Source of the DNA: a bacterium
GTDB lineage: Bacteria; Zhuqueibacterota; Zhuqueibacteria; Residuimicrobiales; Krinioviventaceae
Direction of reading: 5' to 3'
NCBI GenBank assembly: GCA_963693055.1
Contig: OY843751.1
Span: 4,672,001 to 4,736,000 of the forward strand
Length of the DNA stretch: 64,000 bases
The notes beneath the pieces were generated by a model. That model made no database searches and was not told the DNA's origin. It saw nothing but the letters and a program-made list of their open reading frames with translations. The first letter of the stretch is position 1; each line of letters opens with the position of its first letter. This document shows, in pieces, positions 38,023-47,200 of the stretch. A program made the position numbers and the translations under genes.

Positions 38023-39518
38023 ATAAAGAATACCAGTGTTGCCAAAATAAATACAGGAATCAGAATTCCAAATGACCAAGCCATGTATCCAAAAAAGCTC
38101 GGCATTTTCAATCCGCTTTCTTCCGCAATAGAACGTACCATAAAGTTGGGAGCATTACCAATATAGGTATTAGCACCCATAAATACAGCACCGGCAGAGA
38201 TAGCTTTAAGATAAATTGCATTATCAGCAATCAAGCTGGCAACAGCCTGAGGTTCAGGCATGCCTGAATAAAAATTACCCAATGCAGTATTCAGGAATGT
38301 CAGGTATGTAGGCGCGTTATCAAGAAAACTAGAGAGAGCACCAGTTACCCAGAAATAATGCCAGGGTTCTTTAACGGCTTCAATAATAAATGCCATAGCA
38401 CCATTATGACCCGCTTTTAATATTGCCAAAGCAGGGATAATACACATAAAAATACCCGCAAACAGGTAAGCAACTTCCTGAATGGGGAACCAGGTAAATT
38501 CGTTTCCTTCACGGATTTCTTTTTTGGTGGTTTTGAGAGACAATACAACCATCAATACCAGAATCACATCACGTACAATATTCTGCCATTGCATATGTAC
38601 ACCCAAAACGGTTACAGCACCCATTTTTACCAAACCGCTCATCAAAACTGCGGCAATAATTCCACCAAGGAAAATAAAATTATGAGTACCACGCAAGCGT
38701 ACAGGTACGGCTTCAGAAGTATCTTCTACGATAGTACCGGCTTTCTTTTCTTTGCTATAGAGTATAGAATCAACAGCAAAGAAAATACCCAGCAGAATAG
38801 CAACGACAAAAAGCATATGTGGTAAAATATTCATAGTCCAGAAAAATGGCACATGGTGCAAAAATCCAAGGAACAATGGTGGATCACCCAACGGGGTCAA
38901 CGCTCCACCAATATTACTGACCAAAAAGATAAAGAAAATCACAATATGCATACGGTTTTTACGGTTAGAATTTGCCCGCAAAATGGGACGAATCAATACC
39001 ATTGAAGCACCGGTGGTTCCAATCCATGATGCAACCAAAGTACCAATCAGCAAGATTACCAGGTTAGTGGTAGGTTTACCCTTTATAGAACCTTCTACAA
39101 GTATACCACCAGCAGCAGTATACAATGCCCATAAAAGTACAATAAAGGGAATATAATCAATCAAATAAATATGAAAAATCTCATACAATCCATCACCGCC
39201 ATATGCAATCACAAATGGGATAGCAAACAGCAAAGCCCAAAATGCAGATACTTTGGGGAAATGATGATGCCAGAATTTTTCAGCAAGCAATGGAAATAAT
39301 GCAATAGACAATAATATACCTACAAATGGTATTACACTCCATATTGGCAAAACTTCACCTAAATTCGTTCCATGATGTCCACCGCCGTGTGCTTCATGCG
39401 CGGCGGTCTCACTGCCATGTGATGCATCTGCGCTTCCGTGGTCGGTATCGGCGGCAAAAACAACAGCGGCTATCATCATAATGGCGAAAACTGCCAAATA
39501 AAACAATCTCTTGTTCAT
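38019..39518 (-). CDS. Putative Na+/H+ antiporter (IT superfamily, DUF1646-like)
   Basis: Many TM helices; IGTTGASM, SNIGGALTPLGDPPLFLG, LSSFLDNAPTYL, GANTYIGNAPNFMV; His-rich N-terminal linker. Confidence 0.85.
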   Translation of the reverse strand: MNKRLFYLAVFAIMMIAAVVFAADTDHGSADASHGSETAAHEAHGGGHHGTNLGEVLPIWSVIPFVGILLSIALFPLLAEKFWHHHFPKVSAFWALLFAIPFVIAYGGDGLYEIFHIYLIDYIPFIVLLWALYTAAGGILVEGSIKGKPTTNLVILLIGTLVASWIGTTGASMVLIRPILRANSNRKNRMHIVIFFIFLVSNIGGALTPLGDPPLFLGFLHHVPFFWTMNILPHMLFVVAILLGIFFAVDSILYSKEKKAGTIVEDTSEAVPVRLRGTHNFIFLGGIIAAVLMSGLVKMGAVTVLGVHMQWQNIVRDVILVLMVVLSLKTTKKEIREGNEFTWFPIQEVAYLFAGIFMCIIPALAILKAGHNGAMAFIIEAVKEPWHYFWVTGALSSFLDNAPTYLTFLNTALGNFYSGMPEPQAVASLIADNAIYLKAISAGAVFMGANTYIGNAPNFMVRSIAEESGLKMPSFFGYMAWSFGILIPVFILATLVFFI

Positions 39519-39773
39519 TTTATTATCCGGTCCTTTCCTGTAATGATTTATTTATGTATAAATTAAACGTATAGTATTAGCGTAAAATGTAATAAATAGT
39601 CATCTTTTTTCAAAGTAATTAATTGTACGCTGGTATGGAGCAATTTTTACCTTATAGATGGCTAAAATAGCTATATCAATAAAAAATCATATTCACAACG
39701 CACTAATTTTATTAATGTTACACAACAATAGTGTTACAATTAGATTTAATTGACAAAAATTATACCATGAAAA

Positions 39774-41018
39774 TCAAAGGGCTTGAATAATTGAATGGAC
39801 CTTTTCATCGGTTAGGTAGGGTTGAACAATATTATACCAAATTCCGTCGCGTGTATATTGCCCGGAATTCAATCCCTCAGGATCAATGCTTTTAAAAAAC
39901 TCCAACAGTTCAAGACTCCAGGGCAAGCCACGGTTCTGCAGCAATCGTTTAAAATCCCAGTATTTTGCAAATTTTTGAATCAAATCGAAACTCCAGGGTA
40001 GCGTTTCTCTGGCGCTCAATTTTTCCCAATCCCAGAAATCCTTATATGCAGAGATAAACGCTTCTGTCCACGGGAAATCATCACGACAACTAAACATCTC
40101 CCAATCCCAGCGTTCAAGGTATTTTTCAATCAATTCCCGGTCCCATTGAATACCTGCATTTCCGCTCAGGTATTTCCAGTCCCATTTATCTTCATATCGT
40201 TGAATAAACTCGGGTGTCCAGGGCAAGGCGCGATTATAACTCAGCCACGTCCATTCCCATTTATCCGCATGCTCCAGCACAAATGCCTCGGTCCAGGGCA
40301 GACCTTCGTTTGCGCTCAAACAATCCCAAAACAAATGCTCACGATATTGAGATAATAATGATTCGCTCCAGGGCAATGCAGGATTATAGCTTAAAGAAGC
40401 CCAATCCCAATGGTCCCGATATTCTGTAATTAACGTATCGCTCCACGGCAAAAATTCGTTCAGGCTAAGATTTTCCCAGTTCCAGCGTTCGTCAAAACGA
40501 TCAATCAAACTATCGCTCCAGGGCAATGCCTTGCGGCTGCTCAACAATCGCCAGTCCCATAATCCCGCAAAGTGTGCAATACTGGTTTCATTCAAAGGGA
40601 TACGTTCGTTTTTACTCAAAGCCGACCAGTTAAACCGGTCACTGTAACGCTCCAACAGAGAATCGCTCCAGGGCAATTCAGGATTCGCAGCAAGTCCGGC
40701 CCAGCCCCATTCCCAGCGTCCCCAGTTCCAACGGTTCTCATAACGCTCAAGCAAACTAGAAGTCCAGTTGATTCGCGGATTGTCACTGAGCAATTGCCAA
40801 TTTAACACGGTTTTATACCGTTTTATCAGATCGTGGGTCAGGGGGTATTCACGTGACAAAATATCAATAAACACACGCGGATTTTTAATGAGAAACTGCT
40901 CCAACTCGCTGGTATCATGTTGTATCAAATGCTGAGCTATTGCTATAGAGGTATCTGATCGCTTTAATTCCTGGCGATCCACAGGGACCAATGATCTGTA
41001 CGATTCTGAATTATGCAT
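39774..41018 (-). CDS. Tryptophan-rich tandem-repeat protein (about 12 repeats of 25 aa)
   Basis: Repeats of W(D/N)WxxLSxNxxLPW(S/T)xxLIxxYxDx. Confidence 0.85.
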   Translation of the reverse strand: MHNSESYRSLVPVDRQELKRSDTSIAIAQHLIQHDTSELEQFLIKNPRVFIDILSREYPLTHDLIKRYKTVLNWQLLSDNPRINWTSSLLERYENRWNWGRWEWGWAGLAANPELPWSDSLLERYSDRFNWSALSKNERIPLNETSIAHFAGLWDWRLLSSRKALPWSDSLIDRFDERWNWENLSLNEFLPWSDTLITEYRDHWDWASLSYNPALPWSESLLSQYREHLFWDCLSANEGLPWTEAFVLEHADKWEWTWLSYNRALPWTPEFIQRYEDKWDWKYLSGNAGIQWDRELIEKYLERWDWEMFSCRDDFPWTEAFISAYKDFWDWEKLSARETLPWSFDLIQKFAKYWDFKRLLQNRGLPWSLELLEFFKSIDPEGLNSGQYTRDGIWYNIVQPYLTDEKVHSIIQAL

Positions 41019-41925
41019 GCGCGCGGGTTCTTAGAATATGTATTTCTTTCATCAAAGACTGACGTATGGTTTTGAAATAGTGGTTCCAGTCCTGTATTCC
41101 GTTCATAGTACGGTATGTATCTGATTCTTTGAGTTTAACAATTTCTTTATTGAGGGCTTCGATACGTGTCTGCAGTGTTACAATGATGGCTTTCAGCTTG
41201 TCCATATCTGTTATCTGATCAGATTTTACAGTCATGCCGCCTTTTTCAAGCATGGCCAGAATATCCAAAATCCGTTCCAGATCATTTTCTTCATAAGCCT
41301 GTTTTAAATCTATAAACGTTTGCTGTGCCTGTTCTTTAAATTCTTCAGCAACAACATCGGGATGACAAAGTTTGCTTGCGCGTAAAAAAGCAAGACGCAG
41401 GTCTTTGTGACGTTCCGGGGTTAATATGGGTATATCCTGAGGATCAACACTGTCAAGAATAGTCTTGTACTGTTCAAATTCCTGATCTGCCTTTTCAGAC
41501 CAGTCCGGGGGTGTATTGACTTGCACTGGTTTTACTTTTCTTCGCAAATCCAGTACTTCAAGAATATATTCACCCAACTCTGTCTGATAATTAGTATAAA
41601 AATGATGGATCATCCGTTCAAGATCCACTTTGACACTCTGTTTTTCCGCAAGCTTAATCTCTAATGCTTTTACCTGAAGTCTTAGTGCGGGCAGTTCAGC
41701 AAAGGGTGCATTATTCAACCGAAAAGGATAATTGATATATTCATCAATAAGCCGGGTTGCCTGAACAAACTCGTAACGATCCAGACAAGTAATAATAGGT
41801 AAAATATTTGTATCTGAACTCGCTTTTTTGATTTTCTCAACCTGCACGCGTACCAAGTCAAGCTCACCCAGAACTATGAGATTTTTCAAAACTTCGAGAC
41901 GTTTTTGCAATTGGCTGTCGATCAT
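41011..41925 (-). CDS. Coiled-coil protein with internal J-like domain (HPD motif)
   Basis: LRLAFLRASKLCHPDVV...AQQTFIDLKQAYE flanked by coiled-coil segments. Confidence 0.75.
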   Translation of the reverse strand: MIDSQLQKRLEVLKNLIVLGELDLVRVQVEKIKKASSDTNILPIITCLDRYEFVQATRLIDEYINYPFRLNNAPFAELPALRLQVKALEIKLAEKQSVKVDLERMIHHFYTNYQTELGEYILEVLDLRRKVKPVQVNTPPDWSEKADQEFEQYKTILDSVDPQDIPILTPERHKDLRLAFLRASKLCHPDVVAEEFKEQAQQTFIDLKQAYEENDLERILDILAMLEKGGMTVKSDQITDMDKLKAIIVTLQTRIEALNKEIVKLKESDTYRTMNGIQDWNHYFKTIRQSLMKEIHILRTRAHA

Positions 41926-42182
41926 CTTAACCGTTATATTGTTATTCTATACAATAGATATATTTTTTTTAAAATTCAAGTCGAAAACATAATATGAACG
42001 CAAATTGAACATTGTTTACATTTGCGAAATTTACTCATTCCAAAACAGGAGCTTCGGACTGCACTGACCCAATAAACTCTGTTTATGTAACATTAGACAT
42101 TTAAAAAAAAATTACATGGTTTCTACCAGATAACCAGAGTTTTGTACGCAGTAGATACCAGACTTATAAATCAATCATAATC

Positions 42183-42953
42183 TCAGTACGTCAGCACCAA
42201 ACCCGTAGACAACCGGGTATCCATATCTTTGATATGGTCGGGTGGTTTCTTGTCATATCGCATTTTAAACGTGGTTACCAAAGACAACGGACCGGCAATT
42301 ACGACTTTAAAATTGGCTTCACTCAAAATACGGATATCATTCATATCCGTAAACATGGGTTGAAAATAGGTGGTCCAATGTCCCTGTAAACGGCTGTTGA
42401 AATTGATATTCATGGCAAAATAATTATTCCAGCGGGCAACTGTGGTTTCATCGGGATGAGTACTGCCCTTGGGCAAGTCGAGTTTTTCATATTCATACAT
42501 GTAGGATGTTCCGCACACAATGGAATTCTTTTCATTCTGGAAAATAGCAGCGCGCACACCTGCACCTGCCAGGCGTCTGTCATCCAATGAACGTGATTTG
42601 TTATAGTCCAGTTGGAAAAACGTTTCGGGCTGCCACCAGGCTTTAATTTCAAATATTTGCCGTAAATGCACCAGACCTTCATTAGAATACTGCAAATCTC
42701 CCTGCCAGCGCTGGTCACCTTCTATGATTATAAACGAGTCCATGCGTTTCCACTTGAAATCACTGCTGCTTGAAATATCCACTTCTTGCGCGTCAACATT
42801 CCCGGTCCTTGCGGAATAAGATACTTTCAAGTAACCATCCAGCCCCTCGTGCTGTCCTGCTTTGCGATATTTTTCTACATTGACCTGTGCGAAAACAATT
42901 CCTGTAACCAAAAGTAACATTCCAAAAACCAGTAAATGAAAATGCTTTTTCAT
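42183..42953 (-). CDS. DUF481-like outer-membrane beta-barrel protein
   Basis: Signal peptide; ..RTGNV.. motif; alternating beta-strand pattern; YDKKPP..IK..D; terminal aromatic residue. Confidence 0.7.
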   Translation of the reverse strand: MKKHFHLLVFGMLLLVTGIVFAQVNVEKYRKAGQHEGLDGYLKVSYSARTGNVDAQEVDISSSSDFKWKRMDSFIIIEGDQRWQGDLQYSNEGLVHLRQIFEIKAWWQPETFFQLDYNKSRSLDDRRLAGAGVRAAIFQNEKNSIVCGTSYMYEYEKLDLPKGSTHPDETTVARWNNYFAMNINFNSRLQGHWTTYFQPMFTDMNDIRILSEANFKVVIAGPLSLVTTFKMRYDKKPPDHIKDMDTRLSTGLVLTY

Positions 42954-42963
42954 ATTTTTCTCC

Positions 42964-43908
42964 TCAACTTGCATCCCATATTTCTAAAATATTTTCAAGG
43001 GCGCTACTGACACTCAACTGTTCCAGATCCAGCCAGTGTATCCGCTGATCTTTACGGAACCAGGTTAATTGTCGTTTTGCATATCTTCGTGAATTTCGTT
43101 TAATCAAACCGATCATTTCATCAAACTCTAATTTGCCTTCAAAATGATCAAAAACTTCCTGATACCCCACTGTTTTCAAAGCATTTAATTCAGGCCCCCA
43201 TCCTTTTTTTTCAAGATCGCGGACTTCATCAAGCAGTCCCTCCTGAATCATCAAATCCACCCGCAGGTTTATCCGGTCATACAACAGTTTGCGGTCTCTT
43301 TGCAAACCAATAAAAACAGGTTCAAACTCGCCTGGTGCTTCATCTCCTTTACGATATTCGGATATAGGTTTTCCAGTTAAATCATATACTTCAAGTGCCC
43401 GTACCACTCGCTGCATATCATTGGGGTGTAAACGTTCAGCGCTAACCGGATCAACCTTACGCAAAGCTTCCAAAACAGCTTCCTGCCCTTGCTCGCGTAT
43501 ACACTGCCGCCATTTTTCTTTGACATCAGGATCAGACATTTGGGGGGCAAACAGTCCATCTACCAGTGCCTGAATATAAAATCCTGACCCACCGGTAACA
43601 ATGGGGACGGCATTTCGCTCAAAAAGCGCTCTGACACATGCTCTGGCCTCACGCCCATATTCCCCTGCGCTGTAAAATTGATCAGGATCACGAATATCAA
43701 TAAAATGATGCGGAACACGCAACATCTCATCCCGTGCAGGTTTTGCAGTACCAATGGACATGTAGCGGTAGACCTGTCTGGAATCTGACGAAACCACTTC
43801 TCCACCCAATTGCTCGGCAAGTTGAAGGGAGAACTCTGTTTTGCCCACTGCAGTGGGACCCACCAATATAATTGCCTTACGTACGTTCAAACCGTTTATC
43901 CAATTCAT
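42964..43908 (-). CDS. miaA: tRNA dimethylallyltransferase (true start may be TTG at 43890)
   Basis: GPTAVGKT, DSRQVYR.M.IGTAKP, HHFID, GGSGFY, HPND..RV.RALE, RRYAKRQLTWFR. Confidence 0.96.
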   Translation of the reverse strand: MNWINGLNVRKAIILVGPTAVGKTEFSLQLAEQLGGEVVSSDSRQVYRYMSIGTAKPARDEMLRVPHHFIDIRDPDQFYSAGEYGREARACVRALFERNAVPIVTGGSGFYIQALVDGLFAPQMSDPDVKEKWRQCIREQGQEAVLEALRKVDPVSAERLHPNDMQRVVRALEVYDLTGKPISEYRKGDEAPGEFEPVFIGLQRDRKLLYDRINLRVDLMIQEGLLDEVRDLEKKGWGPELNALKTVGYQEVFDHFEGKLEFDEMIGLIKRNSRRYAKRQLTWFRKDQRIHWLDLEQLSVSSALENILEIWDAS

Positions 43909-45688
43909 CCAATGACAACGTAATCATGGTGGGTCTGCCATGCGGACAAAAATATGGCGTTTCGCAGGCAAACAACTGGTCCACCAACGCATTCATAGAT
44001 TCATCATTCAGGGTATCTCCGGTCATAATTGCAGACCGACAGGCAACGCTTTTGGCAACACGCTCTTGTATATCTACTTCTGTCCCCAGTTTCAACTTGT
44101 ACTCGTCCAGAATGCCTAGCAGCAGCTTGTTTTCCTGGCCTATACGCATACCCGAGGGCACACCTTCAAGCACAATGGTGCGACTACCAAATCCTTTGAT
44201 GATAAATCCTATTTTCTCTAAAAACGGCAAAATCTCCATCAAATACTCAAAGTCTTCAATAGATAAATCAATTGTCTGCGGAAACAACAACTGCTGAGAC
44301 GGAGATTCATGGTTCTGAAAATTATCTTTGACCCGCTCGTAAATAATTCGCTCATGCGCGGCATGCTGATCAATAATCACAAGTCCACTTTTGATTTGAG
44401 AAACAAGATATTTGTTGTGCAGCTGCCACAACATCTTGTTTTCTTCCTTGTACTTGTTAACAGACGGACTCTGTTGCGGTGTCAGGTTGTATCGGGCTCC
44501 CGGTTCACTTTCTACAGGCTCGGTATGATCATAATGGCTGTGTGTTTCCCGTGGAGGCGGATTCTCAAAATCAATTCGCGTTTGGGGTGTAGGGGTTTGG
44601 CGGATCTCATCCACCAAGGGTGATGCGAACCGTTTTGAAAAAGTAGACTTGCCGGGTGCTCTAAAATTTTGCATCATCTCTGGCACAATATCATCGGTTT
44701 TCATGGACCGTTTTATAGCTCCCCGAATCAACGTAAACAGCATCTGCTGATCTGCAAACTTTATTTCGCTTTTTGTGGGGTGCACATTTACATCAATCCG
44801 CTCGGGATCAATATCCAGAAACAACACATACAGCGGGAAACTGCCTTTGGGCAGCATTTCCCCTAGTCCGGCAATAATTGCAGCATTTATAGTACGATCA
44901 TTAATGAATCGCTTGTTCACAAACAGGAACTGATCATTTCGGGTTTTGCGTAATATATCAAAATTGCCAATAAATCCTTTAATATCCATGATAGGATTTT
45001 TATCCGTGATCTCTATCAAATTCTCACGAATTCTTCCACCCATAACATCGCCAATACGGTCTGCAAGATCAGACGGCTTGTAACTAAATACCTCGTTATC
45101 ATCATGAAAAAAATCAAAAGCAATATGAGGATATGACAAAACAAAGCGGTTAGCCATGGAAATAATATGCCGATATTCGGTAGAAGTTGCGCGGAGAAAT
45201 TTCCGCCGCGCGGGTGTATTGAAAAACAAATTCTTGACAGCTATAGAAGTGCCGGGGTTCCCACCGGTACGGTCCATTTTTACCACAGTACCGCCGTCAA
45301 TGTTGATCTGGGTACCTTCTATCTGACCTTCGGGCACGGTTTTCATTTCAAGCTGCGATACCGCCGCAATACTGGCAAGTGCTTCACCTCTGAAACCCAG
45401 GGTCAGAATGCGCTCCATATCCTCATAATCATGAATTTTAGAGGTTGCATGACGTTGAAAAGACATGATAGCATCTTTTTCTTCCATGCCGCAGCCATTG
45501 TCCACAATCTGGATCAAACCCTTGCCGCCCTCTTTGATGATTACGCTGATCTTGTCTGCACCGGCATCAATAGAATTCTCTACCAGTTCCTTTACAACTG
45601 AAGAGGGCCGGTCAATTACCTCACCGGCCGCTATTTTATTTACAAGATTTTCAGATAATACGCGTATTTTTATGTCACTCTCGCCCAC
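43877..45688 (-). CDS. mutL: DNA mismatch repair endonuclease MutL
   Basis: NKIAAGEVIDRP.SVVKELVENS.DAGA, HATSKI, GFRGEALASI, DVNVHPTK.E, DQHAAHER, ACR, CPHGRP. Confidence 0.98.
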   Translation of the reverse strand: MGESDIKIRVLSENLVNKIAAGEVIDRPSSVVKELVENSIDAGADKISVIIKEGGKGLIQIVDNGCGMEEKDAIMSFQRHATSKIHDYEDMERILTLGFRGEALASIAAVSQLEMKTVPEGQIEGTQINIDGGTVVKMDRTGGNPGTSIAVKNLFFNTPARRKFLRATSTEYRHIISMANRFVLSYPHIAFDFFHDDNEVFSYKPSDLADRIGDVMGGRIRENLIEITDKNPIMDIKGFIGNFDILRKTRNDQFLFVNKRFINDRTINAAIIAGLGEMLPKGSFPLYVLFLDIDPERIDVNVHPTKSEIKFADQQMLFTLIRGAIKRSMKTDDIVPEMMQNFRAPGKSTFSKRFASPLVDEIRQTPTPQTRIDFENPPPRETHSHYDHTEPVESEPGARYNLTPQQSPSVNKYKEENKMLWQLHNKYLVSQIKSGLVIIDQHAAHERIIYERVKDNFQNHESPSQQLLFPQTIDLSIEDFEYLMEILPFLEKIGFIIKGFGSRTIVLEGVPSGMRIGQENKLLLGILDEYKLKLGTEVDIQERVAKSVACRSAIMTGDTLNDESMNALVDQLFACETPYFCPHGRPTMITLSLDELDKRFERT

Positions 45689-45815
45689 GGTACTCCTTGT
45701 ATATTAAACTCGAATCAATAGTATACCGAATTTGAGAATGAATTTCAAGCAGATTATTTCAAAGGTGAAATTTCATTGGTAATATTATAAACCAGATTGC
45801 CTTGTATTTGCTCAA

Positions 45816-46105
45816 CTAGTCATTCATTAACCTTTTCAAATCCCGATAAAAATTCTCATATACCCCCAATGCAATAAAGGTGCGTTATACCTCATCCCAT
45901 ATATAAGCTAAAAGATACTGCTGCTTTGTGAGGTTGAATTTAAAGATCCAAACATTAACCAAATCCCCGCTTTTTTTGCTGACCAAGTTCAGGATTCTCA
46001 ATCAACATTTTAATTGCTTGATCTAATTCCTTGATTTGGTTCTTTTTTTAATTTCTTTTTCTGATTTTTAAATTGTCGGGTTTGATAAACTGTAATATCA
46101 CCCAA
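45816..46105 (-). pseudogene. Inactivated RelE/ParE-like toxin
   Basis: Correcting two A7 runs by one base each gives ..VYQTRQFKNQKKKLKKNQIKELDQAIKMLIENPELGQQKSGDLVNVWIFKF...YLLAY...*RTFIALGVYENFYRDLKR. One in-frame TAA remains. Lies directly downstream of the antitoxin. Confidence 0.8.
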
Positions 46106-46107
46106 AA

Positions 46108-46335
46108 TTATTCCCCATCCCCAAATACATAGGGAGTTATATCACCTTCATTTACATGTTCAATTCCAATCAATATATCTTTAATGAATGTAAATGGCAG
46201 GTCAGGGTTATCTTCAGCAATCTCTCCAATTGTGGCCCAGAATTCAATCTGACCAGCAACGGATCGTTTCATTGCTTTTGACCGGGTCCTTGCTTTATTC
46301 ACCAATTCATCCGAAATTCTTACTGCTGTAGGCAC
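46108..46335 (-). CDS. ParD-like type II antitoxin
   Basis: GTG start after AAGGA; AVRISDELV..A......RSVAGQIEFWA.IG.IAEDNPDLPF.FIKDIL. Confidence 0.85.
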   Translation of the reverse strand: MPTAVRISDELVNKARTRSKAMKRSVAGQIEFWATIGEIAEDNPDLPFTFIKDILIGIEHVNEGDITPYVFGDGE

Positions 46336-46443
46336 GATATCATTCCTTACACAAAATTTACAACCATACATTGCATTTTACAATTCAAAATTGCAAAATG
46401 CAATAATTAATATTATTCTGTTCCTAATCAATAAAATTTGATA

Positions 46444-47199
46444 CTATTTAAGCAATAATAATTTTCGCGTAAAGTTATATTCTGTGGATTGAAAACGGTA
46501 AAAATAAATCCCCGATGGCAAACCATGCATATCCAAATTAATATAATAGCTGCCAGAATTATAATACCGGTTCACGAGTGAAAGCACCAGTTCCCCATTT
46601 ATATTATAAAGCGCTAACAATACCCGCCCCGCCTGCGGTAAATCAAATTTTATTACCGTTTCATCATTAAAGGGATTGGGGAAATTCTGATACAACCTGA
46701 ATTCAGAAGGCGTTTGTATAAACGGATCATGAATACCGGTTTCAGGATCAAAAACCAACACTCCATTTTCCACTTGCACAAAATCAATACCTTGAGCCAG
46801 GGTATCGGCAAGAACTACCTCGGTTGTAAATCGCAATGTATCAGAGCCGGTAATTTGCCGGTTTACTGTTAACAGCAGATCTGCAAGCTTTTGAGCACCC
46901 ACGGGGATAAAACGCCCTTGTTCATGATAGATCAAAACCCGTTCACCATTGGTTAATGCAGAAAAATCCCAAAATGCATCTGCTAAAACCATGCTGTCAA
47001 TCCTTACGATAGCAGAATCATCCACCAACTCGAATTGAATACCTGCCACGACTTGATCGGTTTCCAGATAAACAGGAATGCTCAGAGAATCCGAACCCAT
47101 CTCACCCCTGGTACCAAAATATAACCGACTTGAGGGCAATGCCGTTATACTTGCAAACAGTAAAATTCCTGTCAATATATATGGTTTCAAACATTTCAT
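46444..47199 (-). CDS. Secreted protein with cohesin-like N-domain and C-terminal sorting (T9SS-A/FlgD-like) domain
   Basis: Signal peptide; IPVYL....VAGIQF; C-terminal LYQNFPNPFN..T.I.F.LP...LPSGIYFYR...RKLLLLK. Confidence 0.75.
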   Translation of the reverse strand: MKCLKPYILTGILLFASITALPSSRLYFGTRGEMGSDSLSIPVYLETDQVVAGIQFELVDDSAIVRIDSMVLADAFWDFSALTNGERVLIYHEQGRFIPVGAQKLADLLLTVNRQITGSDTLRFTTEVVLADTLAQGIDFVQVENGVLVFDPETGIHDPFIQTPSEFRLYQNFPNPFNDETVIKFDLPQAGRVLLALYNINGELVLSLVNRYYNSGSYYINLDMHGLPSGIYFYRFQSTEYNFTRKLLLLK

Positions 47200-47200
47200 A

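Noticed and set aside
42105-42165. GTTTCTACCAG resembling a purine riboswitch core
   Set aside because: The P1/P2 stems and the TATAAT..ATATGG and CCGTAAA loops are absent, and no gene lies downstream on that strand.
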